DNA of 64,000 bases, from positions 1 to 64,000 of the forward strand of contig CAVTMK010000001.1 in the NCBI GenBank assembly GCA_963735805.1, written 5' to 3'. Numbering within the stretch: position 1 is the first letter of the stretch; the number at the start of each line of letters is the position of its first letter. The translations under genes and the position numbers were made by a program. Below the pieces are notes generated by a model. It was given only the letters and a program-made list of their open reading frames with translations. It ran no database searches and was not told where the DNA came from. This stretch comes from an uncultured Verrucomicrobiae bacterium (GTDB taxonomy: Bacteria; Verrucomicrobiota; Verrucomicrobiia; Chthoniobacterales; UBA10450). Positions 1 to 10,212 of the stretch are shown in pieces.

Positions 1-3000
1 ATGAATCGCTGTAGTGGAGTCAGTTTCGAAAGCGTCCTCGAAAATTTCGCAGCGATCTTTTCGCGCGATGCTATGATCTGTTCTGGGGCCAGCAATTTCA
101 TGTTCTCTGCTTCCCCGACAGTCTGCAAGGCGACACCGCCCGTGGCTTCCGCTAGCTCAGCAAGTAAGAGAACGTCGTCTGTTGTGTCCGTATCCGTGAC
201 AATTACCGTATCCCACAGCCGCGCTGTCTTTTCGAATGAGGCGGTCACTACCCGTTGACCATCGGGACTGAACTGGGCTGAAGTAACCACGTTTTCATGC
301 TTCATGGGTTCGCCAATTGATCCACCGCTGACGGCATCCCGTAGGCGCACCGTTTTATCCTCTAGGACGATCAATATTCGTCGCCCATCGGGACTAAACT
401 GGGCTGAAGTAACCGCGTCTTCATGCTTCATCGGTTCGCCAATTGGTTTGCCGCTAACGACATCCCACAGCCGCGCCGTCTTATCCGCCGACCCGGTCAC
501 GATCCGTTGACCATTCGGACTGAATTGCGCCGAAGTGACCATGCCCTCATGCCTTAGAGGTTCGCCAATGGATTTGGCGTTGGCCCCCTCCCACAATCGC
601 GCTGATTTGTCCCGTGACGCAGTGACTATTCGTTTACCGTCAGGGCTGAATTGCGCTGAAGTAACCAAGTTTTCATGCTTCATCGGTTCGCCAATTGGTT
701 TACCGCTAGCGGCATCCCACAATCGCGCCGTGTTATCCCATGAGGTGGTCACTATCCGCTGACCATCGGAACTGAATTGCGCTGAAGTAACCACGTTTTC
801 ATGCTTCATGGGTTCGCCAATTGGTTTGCCGCTGCTGGCGTCCCATAACCGCGCCGTTTTATCCTCTGAGGTGGTCACAATTCGTTGACCATCGGGACTG
901 AATTGTGCTGAAGTAACCACGTTTTCATGCTTCATGGGTTCGGCAACGGCCTTACCGCTAGCAGCGTTCCAGACCCGTGCCGTCGTATCCGCTGAGGCAG
1001 TCACTATCCGCTGACCATCGGGACTGAACTGTGCTGAAGTAACCGCGTCTTCATGCTTCATCGGCTCGCCAATTGATTTGGCGCTGCCGGCATCCCACAG
1101 TCTGGCCGTTTTATCGTCTGAAGCGGTCAGTACACGTTGACCATCGGGACTAAACTGCGCGGAGTTCACTGCATCTCCGTGCTTCAAGGATTCGCTATTT
1201 GATTTGGCGCTGGCCGCATCCCACACCCGCGCTGTTTTATCTTCTGACGCGGTGACTACCCGCTGACCATCCGGACTGAACTGCGCCGAATTAACCTCCT
1301 TTTCATGCTTCATCGGCTCACCAAGCGAATCACCGCTGGTCGCATCCCATAGCCGCGCCGTCTTATCCTCAGACGAGGTAACCACACGCTGACCGTCAGG
1401 ACTGAACTGTGCGGCATTAACGACATCTTCATGCTTCATGACCTTACCAATCGGCTTGCCGGTGATCGCATCCCATAGCCGCGCCGTTTTATCCCACGAG
1501 GCGGTAACTACCCGCTGACCATCCGGACTGAACTGCGCGGAGTTCACCACATCTTCATGCTTCAGGGGTTCGCCGATCGGTTGCCCGCTGGCGCCGTCCC
1601 ACAGCCGCGCCGTCCTGTCGGCCGAAGCGGTCACTACCCGCTGACCATCCGGACTGAACTGTGCGGAAAAAACCATGCCTTCATGCTTCATCGGCTTACC
1701 AATTGCATTGCCGCTACCCACAGCCCACAGCCGCGCCGTTTTATCCGCTGAAGCAGTCACTATTCGCTGACCATCCGGACTGAACTGGGCCGAAAAAACT
1801 ATGCCTTCGTGCTTCATCGGCTCGCCAATTGGCTTACCGCTGCGGACATCCCACAACCGCGCCGTCTTACCCGATGAGGCAGTCACTATTCGCTGACCAT
1901 CCGGACTGAACTGGCCTGAATTAACCTCCTTTTCGTGCTTCATCGGCTCGCCAACCGATTTACCGCTGGCGGCATCCCAGAGCCGCGCCGTCTTATCCCG
2001 CGATGCTGTCAGTACCCGCTGACCATCGGGACTGAACTGTGCTGAATAAACCATGTCTTCATGCTTCATCGGCTCACCAATTGGTTTGCCGCTGCGGACA
2101 TCCCACAACCGCGCCGTGTTATCCCATGAGGCGGTCACTATTCGCTGACCATCGGGACTGAACTGTGCTGAAGTAACTACGTCTTTATGCCATATCGAAC
2201 CAGTTAATGGAACATGCCAGTTGAGTTGTGTGAGCATAGCGACCGTTAAGGCACAGGCTTCCCGATTTTCCGGATTCAGCCGCAAAGCTTGTGCAAATTG
2301 GGCCAAGGCTTGACCGTTCTTCCCGCCGTCTTTTGAGTAACGAGCGAGCGAAACATTTCCCCGGCTGGCGATTTCGCTGGTCCTCTTTGTAGCAGTTTTC
2401 GCTTTGGCCTGAGCAAAGAACGCTACGACTGCGAGCGCTATAGCCATCACGAAGCCGAAAGTTACAGCCCCTAGCGTGATCCGCTGTCGTCGCGCTGCAG
2501 CCTTCCGGCTGCCAATGATGTATTCAGTTTGTAGCGCTGTCGGCTGACGCTCCTTTTCGGCACCGGCTTCCGCGAGCCATCGCTCAGCCGATCGCAGGTC
2601 ATCGCCGCGCAAAACAAAGCTATTGTTCTTGCCGCTCGCGTCCCATTCAATTGCCCGGGTGAGCAGACGCGTATGCGCGTGGACCCACTTGAGATCGGTA
2701 TCGAGTGCACTGAGAAGGGCATCGGTCGCCTTCCCAAAGTCATCTCCATCTCGAAAGAAGATCCAGTTTAGTCTCGCAAGCGCTTCGGGCACGGTATCGG
2801 CGTTCACGTCCCGGGCGACGATGGGCACCATGCGTTTGTTATTCGCCGCCGCGTGTGCGATCTCGCGCCCACAGACGACCGACGCAACTGAATCTGGAGA
2901 AAGGACAGAAATGAACGTGTCGGCACCTTCAATCGCGGAATAGATAGCCTGCATCCATTCTTCAGTCGGCCGAATGTCCTCCCAGTCCACCCAAGCCTCT

Positions 3001-3083
3001 CGGCCACGACTCTTCAAAGCCTCATCCAAACGACGCACAATGTCCCTGTCCTTGCGCGAGTAGGAAATGAAAACCTCCGCCAT
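1..3083 (-). CDS. TIR domain + transmembrane helix + 16 WD40 repeats protein (3' end runs off the left edge of the window)
   Basis: Not in the ORF track because there is no stop in the window. Manual translation from ATG 3083 gives MAEVFISYSRKD...AWVDWEDI...SPDSVASVVCGREIAHA (TIR_2 with the conserved Glu), a TM segment ITLGAVTFGFVMAIALAVVAFFA, then MKHExxVxSAQFSPDGQRVVTASxDKTARLWD repeats. Confidence 0.93.
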   Translation of the reverse strand, partial: MAEVFISYSRKDRDIVRRLDEALKSRGREAWVDWEDIRPTEEWMQAIYSAIEGADTFISVLSPDSVASVVCGREIAHAAANNKRMVPIVARDVNADTVPEALARLNWIFFRDGDDFGKATDALLSALDTDLKWVHAHTRLLTRAIEWDASGKNNSFVLRGDDLRSAERWLAEAGAEKERQPTALQTEYIIGSRKAAARRQRITLGAVTFGFVMAIALAVVAFFAQAKAKTATKRTSEIASRGNVSLARYSKDGGKNGQALAQFAQALRLNPENREACALTVAMLTQLNWHVPLTGSIWHKDVVTSAQFSPDGQRIVTASWDNTARLWDVRSGKPIGEPMKHEDMVYSAQFSPDGQRVLTASRDKTARLWDAASGKSVGEPMKHEKEVNSGQFSPDGQRIVTASSGKTARLWDVRSGKPIGEPMKHEGIVFSAQFSPDGQRIVTASADKTARLWAVGSGNAIGKPMKHEGMVFSAQFSPDGQRVVTASADRTARLWDGASGQPIGEPLKHEDVVNSAQFSPDGQRVVTASWDKTARLWDAITGKPIGKVMKHEDVVNAAQFSPDGQRVVTSSEDKTARLWDATSGDSLGEPMKHEKEVNSAQFSPDGQRVVTASEDKTARVWDAASAKSNSESLKHGDAVNSAQFSPDGQRVLTASDDKTARLWDAGSAKSIGEPMKHEDAVTSAQFSPDGQRIVTASADTTARVWNAASGKAVAEPMKHENVVTSAQFSPDGQRIVTTSEDKTARLWDASSGKPIGEPMKHENVVTSAQFSSDGQRIVTTSWDNTARLWDAASGKPIGEPMKHENLVTSAQFSPDGKRIVTASRDKSARLWEGANAKSIGEPLRHEGMVTSAQFSPNGQRIVTGSADKTARLWDVVSGKPIGEPMKHEDAVTSAQFSPDGRRILIVLEDKTVRLRDAVSGGSIGEPMKHENVVTSAQFSPDGQRVVTASFEKTARLWDTVIVTDTDTTDDVLLLAELAEATGGVALQTVGEAENMKLLAPEQIIASREKIAAKFSRTLSKLTPLQRF
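210..2194 (-). repeat. 16 tandem 126-bp (42-aa) WD40-coding repeats
   Basis: The anchor actRaaYtg recurs at 267, 393 ... 2031, 2157 with an exact 126-bp period (1890 = 15 x 126). Confidence 0.95.
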
Positions 3084-3382
3084 CTTCTCTCGGCAATTTT
3101 GCTGCGATCCCTCTGGCTGTCGTTAGCTTTGCTTACGCCAGAGTTAGAAAAGAGAAAGTATCGCAATCTTCGACAACGGGAGCAAGACTAATCACTAAGG
3201 CTGCGACAGTAGGTGACACAGACCGATGCTTGCAGACGTTGCGCGTTTCTTGCAGCTATGCAGGAGAAAATTCGGACAAGCTGACAATTCTTTCTGGGCT
3301 GTACGCCAATTTTTGGTGTTCAGTCAGCGCTTGATTGCATTGCAGCAACCGTTATAATTGGGTTAGTTAGGAGGAAAAGCTT

Positions 3383-4660
3383 ACGAGAATATTTCTCGTT
3401 TTGACGTGTAGTGTTGCGCTCGCGGTCGGTGTGCCTGGCGCGAAAGCGGGGAAAGGGAAAAATACGGGAGAACCAAAGAGAAATACGGCGCCAATTGGGC
3501 AAGGTTCGCAACGCGCTGGGGCGACAACAGGTAAGGCAGCGACAGCCCAAGCCGAACACCGAAATAGGACCGTTCATCAAACCGGCACTCCAGCGGGCGG
3601 TGGCCAGCGAGCGACTGTAGGCAAGTCAAAGGGAGCGGGGACGCCAACGAGTGGGAGTAAACCGAAGACAATCGCGCGCGAGCGGAGCTTTAAACCTACG
3701 AATACACCGAGAACCGAAGTTACGCCTGCTACGCACCTTCAGAAAAACAGCGGAATTCAGCAGTTAAACACGTCCATAAGTGAAACGACCCCTGCTGTGC
3801 AACTCCGGCAAAACAGTGGCGTTCAGCTGATAAATTCTCCGATAAGTGGGACGACGCCTGCTTTGAAGTTTGACCCAAACAAGACTGTTACATCGCTATT
3901 GGGAGCAGCCGGCGGAAGTCAGTTCTCGCCGCCACCTGGGGGGTGGAAACCGGAATTCAATCCTGCAAATGGACCGCAAACCGGCGGCCAGTTGTCTCCG
4001 CCGCCTGGGGGATGGAAAGAGGAATTCAATCCCGCAAATGGACCGCAAACCGGCGGCCAGTTGCCACCAGCGCCGCCGGTGGGGTCGACAACAATTCCTT
4101 TCAACCCGGCAAATGGGCCGCAAACCGAAGGCGCGCGCACTGGGAGCGAGTTGGCGCCACCGCAGACGGTAACATCAACCGATCAAGCTACCGCGGAAAA
4201 TAAATCGACCGGCGAAATCGCGCCTACGGTACAGTTCAAGCAAAACAGGCGTATTCAGGGAAGCGAGCGATGGGTAGACTCAAATTATGAGGTTTTCAGG
4301 AATTACAGATCCGAGTGGCACGATAGAGATTGGTGGAGGAGTCATTACTCACGCATCGCTTTCGGTGTCGGCGGATGGTACTATCGGAACGCAAACTATT
4401 GGTTCCCGGCTTGGGGCTACGACCCGAATGCTTATTATCCTTATGACGGCCCGATTTACGCACATGAAAGTTTACCGCCCGATCAGGTAATCGCTGACGT
4501 CCAGGAGGCGCTGCAAAAGCAAGCGTATTATCGGGGCCAAGTGGACGGTTTGCTTGGACCGCCTACGCGTGCCGCACTCGGGGATTACCAGCGCGACCAC
4601 AATCTTTACATAACCTCAGCAATTGATTCGCCGACGTTGCAATCCTTAGGAATGAAATAG
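3383..4660 (+). CDS. Secreted low-complexity protein with a C-terminal peptidoglycan-binding (PG_binding_1-like) domain
   Basis: C-terminus IADVQEALQKQAYYRGQVDGLLGPPTRAALGDYQRDHNLYIT; Trp/Tyr-rich segment; signal-peptide-like N-terminus. The ORF track starts at TTG 3401, but the AGGAGG RBS points to ACG 3383. Confidence 0.8.
   Translation, partial: TRIFLVLTCSVALAVGVPGAKAGKGKNTGEPKRNTAPIGQGSQRAGATTGKAATAQAEHRNRTVHQTGTPAGGGQRATVGKSKGAGTPTSGSKPKTIARERSFKPTNTPRTEVTPATHLQKNSGIQQLNTSISETTPAVQLRQNSGVQLINSPISGTTPALKFDPNKTVTSLLGAAGGSQFSPPPGGWKPEFNPANGPQTGGQLSPPPGGWKEEFNPANGPQTGGQLPPAPPVGSTTIPFNPANGPQTEGARTGSELAPPQTVTSTDQATAENKSTGEIAPTVQFKQNRRIQGSERWVDSNYEVFRNYRSEWHDRDWWRSHYSRIAFGVGGWYYRNANYWFPAWGYDPNAYYPYDGPIYAHESLPPDQVIADVQEALQKQAYYRGQVDGLLGPPTRAALGDYQRDHNLYITSAIDSPTLQSLGMK
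3920..4127 (+). repeat. Three 69-bp coding tandem repeats (QxSPPPGGWKxEFNPANGPQTGG)
   Basis: Units start at 3920, 3989 and 4058; the third is diverged. Two 22-aa repeats (TPAxxLxxNSGxQxxNxxISxT) lie just upstream. Confidence 0.85.
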
Positions 4661-4750
4661 CAAGTATCTGCGGGTCTAAACAAAAAGCTCCTGCGGAAGC
4701 TTTGCAGGTGCCGAACGGGGAGCAAAGGTCTGGGCCCACATTTCGGGATC

Positions 4751-5191
4751 TCAAGCAGGTTTCTCTCCTTCAGGCGGTTTCACCATGGATTGGGCCCAGT
4801 CAGTGTTCTCCTTTGACAGCAGACCTTCGACGCGTTGGACGAGCAGATGGAAGGGATCATCTTTATCGTATGGATCCGTCCGGGTCAGAAACAAAAATTT
4901 CTCCTTTCTGAGGGACTCCGCTGTGGCTCGATACTCAATCCAATGTTCCTGAAGTTGTAGCAATCCGAGGAGGGATGCGATCACAGCAACGACAACGCCC
5001 AAAGTACCGATCGCAATCTTAATCGGCAGTGAGTTGCCTGCGAAGCCCGATAGGAATGGAATCGTGGCCGCAACAACGATCTCGGCAAAACGCAGCCGCC
5101 TGAACCAACGTCGGTTCGTAACGCTCTTGCGGTCATACCAGCCCATCTGATCGTTCAGACGCTGCTCGATATACTCCTCGGGCGAAATCAT
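4751..5191 (-). CDS. DUF4231 / SLATT-like two-TM protein
   Basis: YIEQRLNDQMGWYDRKS, two TM helices, WIEYRATAESLRKEKFLF. Confidence 0.85.
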   Translation of the reverse strand: MISPEEYIEQRLNDQMGWYDRKSVTNRRWFRRLRFAEIVVAATIPFLSGFAGNSLPIKIAIGTLGVVVAVIASLLGLLQLQEHWIEYRATAESLRKEKFLFLTRTDPYDKDDPFHLLVQRVEGLLSKENTDWAQSMVKPPEGEKPA

Positions 5192-5252
5192 TTTTCCTGC
5201 CGCCTAACGAATTGCTCCGATTTTCAGGGCGAACATAAGGTGGGACTTATCA

Positions 5253-6717
5253 TTAGGGCGTCGTTTCACCGGCGGCGGCGAGCAGTTTTGTCCACGTCTC
5301 GTCGCCCGGTTTGATAAGTCCGGTCACTTCGAGCGCCGAGCGGGTTTGAAACGCCTGGATGGCGGAGACGGTGTGTGAGTTGGCTGCCACACGCGCGATC
5401 TTTCCGTCGATTCCTTTAGGATCAAGCGATGGATCGTTGAGCTTTTGCGCGGCGGTTCGCAGGAGGCGCTGCACAGTTGACACGTCTGCGGGTGTGTTAA
5501 CCGCTCCTTTGTCCCATCGACCCACGCTCCTGTTGATTTTGGAAAGGGCGACCGGCGGAGGAGCAGGAAGGAGCCGGGGAAGGAGGCACACCTTTCTCCC
5601 GCGCGGTAATCACGTCAGCGTCCGTATTCACTTGATCTAAAAATTCGGCCACGGCAACAGCAAGGGTGTTTGTCTTGCTTGGATCCGCTTTGCCGTCCGT
5701 GAAGTACCGTGAAATACTTTGAATGACGTTAGGTCCGCTTCCCACAATCGATTGAATCAAGCTCAAGGTCTTATTGTGTGCCTCGGTGCTTTCGTACTTC
5801 GTGATCGCACTACCCATCTTGCTATAATCTCCAGCGGTCAAATGGATTCCACTTCGTGTCGAGGTTTTACTGATCTGCCAGTAATCATTCATGGTCGCAT
5901 TTTTGGCCACGGTAGGTATAACTTTCCCATTTTTATCCTTTGAGGGCAGACCGTAGTAATTACCAGTTTCTTGTGTGTTCGATACTGTGGTGAACTTGCC
6001 TCGATAGAATTTGGTAAACGTCGTTTGTCCACCATGAAACGCGCCAAGTAGAGTTACTTCAAGAATGGCATCGTCCCAATTCTTTGTACCCTGAATGGCC
6101 CGGTATTCTTCGGCCGTGTAAATTGCGAGGAAGTTAGTAACGACGCGCTGAGTTGGGGCGCCGGTTTTAGTTTTGGAGTCGTAGTTATTTCTCAACGCCG
6201 CAAGTCCGTGAGCGTCGCAGGCGCCCAGAACTTGAATGATCGTCTGATAAAAGTTTTTCAGATCGTCTTTATCCTTCTCAACGACGACTAGCGCAAGATT
6301 GTCCAGATACATCTTGTCTGACCAGTCTCCAACTTGTCCACTCGTCCAACCATAGCTACGGCCACCTTGGGCGCTTTTTGGAAAATTTTCGTGAATGTTG
6401 TAATTATTATCATCGAGTCTAACTGCCACTCCCAATCCTTGTTCAAGGGCTTGTTGGTTTGGCACTTTCCCTGCGCTAGGAGCAAGAGATTCCATCTCCG
6501 GGGCAAGGGTTCCGTGAATGAATTTATAGAATGTATTTTTCCCGGAATCAGAAGCCGTCGTAAGATCAAAGTTGTGTGCGAAGCTGGGCAGCTTAGCCAG
6601 CGTAAAGTCATCTGCATGGACTGATGCGACTAGGACCGCAGTGAAGAGTATTATTAAAATCAAAGCTTTATGATGCATAAGCCAGACGGGTTTCTTGTCT
6701 TCAAACATGATTAACAA
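5253..6717 (-). CDS. Secreted protein of unknown function with a C-terminal peptidoglycan-binding-like domain, split by one frameshift near 5570
   Basis: ORF 5497-6717 (signal peptide ...VASVHA-DD) continues through a Pro-rich linker in another frame into SVGRWDKGAVNTPADVSTVQRLL...IDG...TVSAIQAFQ...GLIKPGDETW. Confidence 0.65.
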
Positions 6718-6840
6718 AGAAGGTTAAGCGTTTCTCCGCTGACCCCGTAGGCCTGCGAACCTTGCTGCCCGGTGCTGTGAAAGCTCTGCCTCGCAACGGG
6801 TACCAGTTCTGATCAAAGTAAGAAGCCCTACCCGATTCTA

Positions 6841-7695
6841 TCATTTTAGGTCGCTGATTGGATGAATTTCCCAAGCTTTTGTTGGACGAATATCCACTGG
6901 TTTCTTTGGACCTACGTTGTGTGGGTTGCGATGTTCCCCATCCCATAGAAGCGAGCCTGTGATTTGCACTGGGACGGGTGTAACGAATGCGCCTTTTTTG
7001 TTTGCGTTGTCTGCAATCAACTGCCTCAGCTTCCGTCGCAAATCCATAAACGGCGGTTGAGTTGGTCGTGCTGGTGGAAGCCCCGATACCTCACTATTCA
7101 TGAACACGGTCGTCGACGTTAGCTCAGACGTATCTCCAAGAACAAGGTGAAAATCATCGTCCGCTTGATGTCCAACCCAGTAGAGCCATGCTTTGACAGT
7201 CACGTTTCGCGTTTCCAAGTCGATCCGCGGTTCATGATTCTGGTGATTCTTATCCTTTGTTACCAATTCAGGATGCATTTGAGTCATTTGCATGTCGGTC
7301 GGTAGACTCCCCATAAGCATATCCACCTGCGTCAGTTTCTCAGTCTTTCTGGTCGCATAAGAGGTTTTCGCCTCAGGGCGAAATACTCCGCTAAATACCT
7401 CCGATTGCGTAGCTGCTCGCGCACGCGGTGCTAGAACCGCGCCTGCGCGAGGACTGACCCCATGGGATGTTATTTCACGTTCTTCTGGGCCATCCGAAAC
7501 TTCTTCGATTTCACCTCGATCCGCCCATGCAACAAACTCCTTCCATCGGTCTGGTTTCGGAATACCGGTGACCTGCTGCTCTTTTTCAATTCTACGAGTG
7601 GCACAATCCGTAAGCCCAAGCGCGAGCAACGTCAGACCCGCAATGAAGACAACTGAACGGAAGCTCGTCAGCACTGCTCGAGGGAGAGGCTTCAT
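6841..7695 (-). CDS. Putative lipoprotein with a C-terminal OB-fold-like domain
   Basis: Hydrophobic N-terminus ending LALGLTDC; motifs DDDFHLVL, VQITGSLLWDGEH and AWEIHP. The fold assignment is inference. Confidence 0.6.
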   Translation of the reverse strand: MKPLPRAVLTSFRSVVFIAGLTLLALGLTDCATRRIEKEQQVTGIPKPDRWKEFVAWADRGEIEEVSDGPEEREITSHGVSPRAGAVLAPRARAATQSEVFSGVFRPEAKTSYATRKTEKLTQVDMLMGSLPTDMQMTQMHPELVTKDKNHQNHEPRIDLETRNVTVKAWLYWVGHQADDDFHLVLGDTSELTSTTVFMNSEVSGLPPARPTQPPFMDLRRKLRQLIADNANKKGAFVTPVPVQITGSLLWDGEHRNPHNVGPKKPVDIRPTKAWEIHPISDLK

Positions 7696-7772
7696 AGTCA
7701 ATTCGAGTTGACAATAATAGACTTTCTTTGCCAAGATCAATCGCCGCTTACCTATAAGGACGCGATGACCGA

Positions 7773-7961
7773 ATGAGTGACGAAGACCTGATCAAACAAG
7801 CGTACGAAGAGTTTATTAAGAACCTGTTCAGGAATTTCTACGACGCTTATACGACGTCGAATAGTTCGACCCAGGAGAAAGCAGCAGAGCAAATCTTTCA
7901 AAAGGCAGTCAGAGCCGCGCGAAATGCACGCGATCGTGCGTTAGCGATCTTGCCTAAATGA
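7773..7961 (+). CDS. Small helical hypothetical protein, translationally coupled to the caspase gene
   Basis: 62-aa ORF with AAGGA upstream; its stop overlaps the next ATG (ATGA). Confidence 0.65.
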   Translation: MSDEDLIKQAYEEFIKNLFRNFYDAYTTSNSSTQEKAAEQIFQKAVRAARNARDRALAILPK

Positions 7962-9750
7962 AAATCTTCTTCGTTCACGGGATTGGCCACGCTGATCTTG
8001 ACCAAAATTATTATCAGTCCAGTGGGAGACTGACGTCACCGCTCAACTCAGATCTTGCGGTCTACAGACCGATCCACAGTACCAAGGACTCACATACGAT
8101 CCGCTTTTCCAACAGTACGATCACGGGCCCGCTACCTACGCCGCGGCATTAGTAGAATTTCTGGGCTCCGCCGCAGTCCATTCGGTTACTGATCCTCTTA
8201 CCGCTGCTCCGCCAAGCACGCGTGGTTTCTTCGATCTGTTTGATACTCTTAGATGGCGAGCGGGAATGGTGGCGCAACTTGCTGTCGAATCCGCTCTGCG
8301 CAAGGCGTTACGTGACAAGTTGGTTGCTGCGCTGAATGAGTTTCAGCCAGACATCTTAGCAGCTCATAGTCTCGGGACGCTTATCACCTATGATTTGTTC
8401 CGCAATGACCCGAGAGGAAGGGATATTCTTGCAAATGGCGTTTACATCACGTTCGGCTCTCAAATAAACAATCCTTTTGCGCGCAGCCGACTTTTTCCGG
8501 GCCAAATTCAAGTTCCGAATGTCCGTTTTTGGTACCATTTGTTTAATCCCCAGGATCCGGTCCTCACAGCACCTATCCAGATCAGCGACCGCAAGTTTTT
8601 GCAGGTGCCGACCCCTTCTCCTTCTGGTCATTCGCCGACGGCGACCAATACAGGACCAGGCTATCTAGATCACCCAAACACGAAGAGTGCGGTGTGGATT
8701 GCTTTGGCGCGTCCCCCGAGCGCCCGTGCGTTCGCCCGATCGCTAACGATTTTCAGCCGGGCAACTGAAAAACCAAAACGGCGCGCACTACTCATTGGGA
8801 TCAATGACTATCCCGATCCGGCGAACCAGCTTGACGGCTGCGTCAATGATACATTCTTAATGAGTTCATTGCTTCAAGAGCGCGGATTTGATCCGGAAGA
8901 CATACGTGTTGTTTTGAACGACCGAGCAACAGCCGACGCGATTCGAGACCGATTAAACTGGCTGCTGGAAGGTGCCGGGGACGGGATGGAAAGAGTTCTG
9001 TTTTACAGCGGACACGGAGCGCAGCTCCCCCTCTACAATGCGGTCGGAGAGATAGACCACACAGACGAGTGTCTGGTACCCTACGACTTCGCATGGACCA
9101 AGGAGACGGCAATTACTGACGACGATTTTTATCATCTTTATGTCGATCTGCCATATGGGGCCCGGTTTATCGCAATTTTCGATTGCTGTCATTCTGGTGG
9201 AATGACCCGCGACGGCATGCGCAAGATTCGCGGAATCACTCCGCCAGATGACATACGCCATCGAATGCTTCAGTGGGATGCCAGGCACCAAATGTGGCGC
9301 GAACGCAAGTTGCCACCTTTGAACGATGATTTTGGCGGGACTTCAACGGAAAAACAGGACTTCATGGGGGCCAATCACGCGACGCTGCGACTTGGTCGCG
9401 CTATGCGACTGAGAAAAGTTGATCGCGCAGATTACAACCGTCTTGTCTCGCGCGGCCGCCCACCGTATTTGCCGGTGTTGTTAGAAGCTTGCCGCCAAGA
9501 CCAATTGTCGTACGAGTATCGTCATGGCGTCACGTCCTATGGCGCATTCACCTATTCCTTAGCGAAAGACCTGCGTGCACAGCCACGAGTCACGTTCGAG
9601 AAGATTATCTTGAAAACGACGGCGACGCTTAAGGACCTAGGTTATGACCAGAATCCGCAACTCGTCGGGCCGAAGCCGGTAACATCAAAGACTATTCCCG
9701 GATTGGTGGCTCAGCGGCAGAGTCCTCGACCACGAAGACAACGCCGGTAG
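7958..9750 (+). CDS. Alpha/beta-hydrolase-like domain fused to a caspase-family peptidase C14 (metacaspase); frameshift near 8018-8020
   Basis: MKIFFVHGIG joins the frame of 8266-9750 via QWETDVTAQ. Hydrolase motifs AHSLG and DPV; caspase motifs RALLIGINDY, LDGCVND, YSGHG and DCCHSG. Confidence 0.88.
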
Positions 9751-9907
9751 GTGGTTAAAGGTCTACCGGCGGATTCAAGTCTTAAAGACGCGTCAGCGTT
9801 TTGTCTTCACGCATGACGAACCGCCGCGTTGTCCAAACCTCCCGAGTAAAAGCCACCAAACGCATTCGATTTTACTTGGCTTTAAACCGGTGTGAAACTG
9901 TTACAAA

Positions 9908-10156
9908 ATGGACATTACTGATACCCATTACCACCTAGAATTTTACGCGGACGATTCCACTCGAGTCGCTCACTATGAGAACATGGCTGCCCCGATAATG
10001 CTGCCCAGAGTAGGCGACCACATTCATTTCCACAACCACGACATCACCCTTAAAATAACCCGTGTTGTCCACGAATTCGTTGACCACTTCGCCGACGAAC
10101 CCAGCCGCTTCACCTTAAGCCACGTTGTTAAAGTATACGGCGACCAGGTTTCCTGA
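9908..10156 (+). CDS. Small hypothetical protein
   Basis: 82-aa ORF with a beta-rich pattern (LPRVGDHI...KITRVVHEF). Confidence 0.6.
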   Translation: MDITDTHYHLEFYADDSTRVAHYENMAAPIMLPRVGDHIHFHNHDITLKITRVVHEFVDHFADEPSRFTLSHVVKVYGDQVS

Positions 10157-10212
10157 ACCTGGCACAAACATTAGAACATTTTAGCTAAAGACGTTGAATT
10201 CTTTTTGATTGT

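Noticed and set aside
210..2194. 126-bp periodic repeats as a CRISPR array or DGR
   Set aside because: They are contiguous in-frame WD40 coding units with no unique spacers. No cas or reverse transcriptase gene is in the window.
1..3007. Short ORFs in the track over the first 3 kb
   Set aside because: They are antisense or off-frame shadows of the TIR-WD40 gene.
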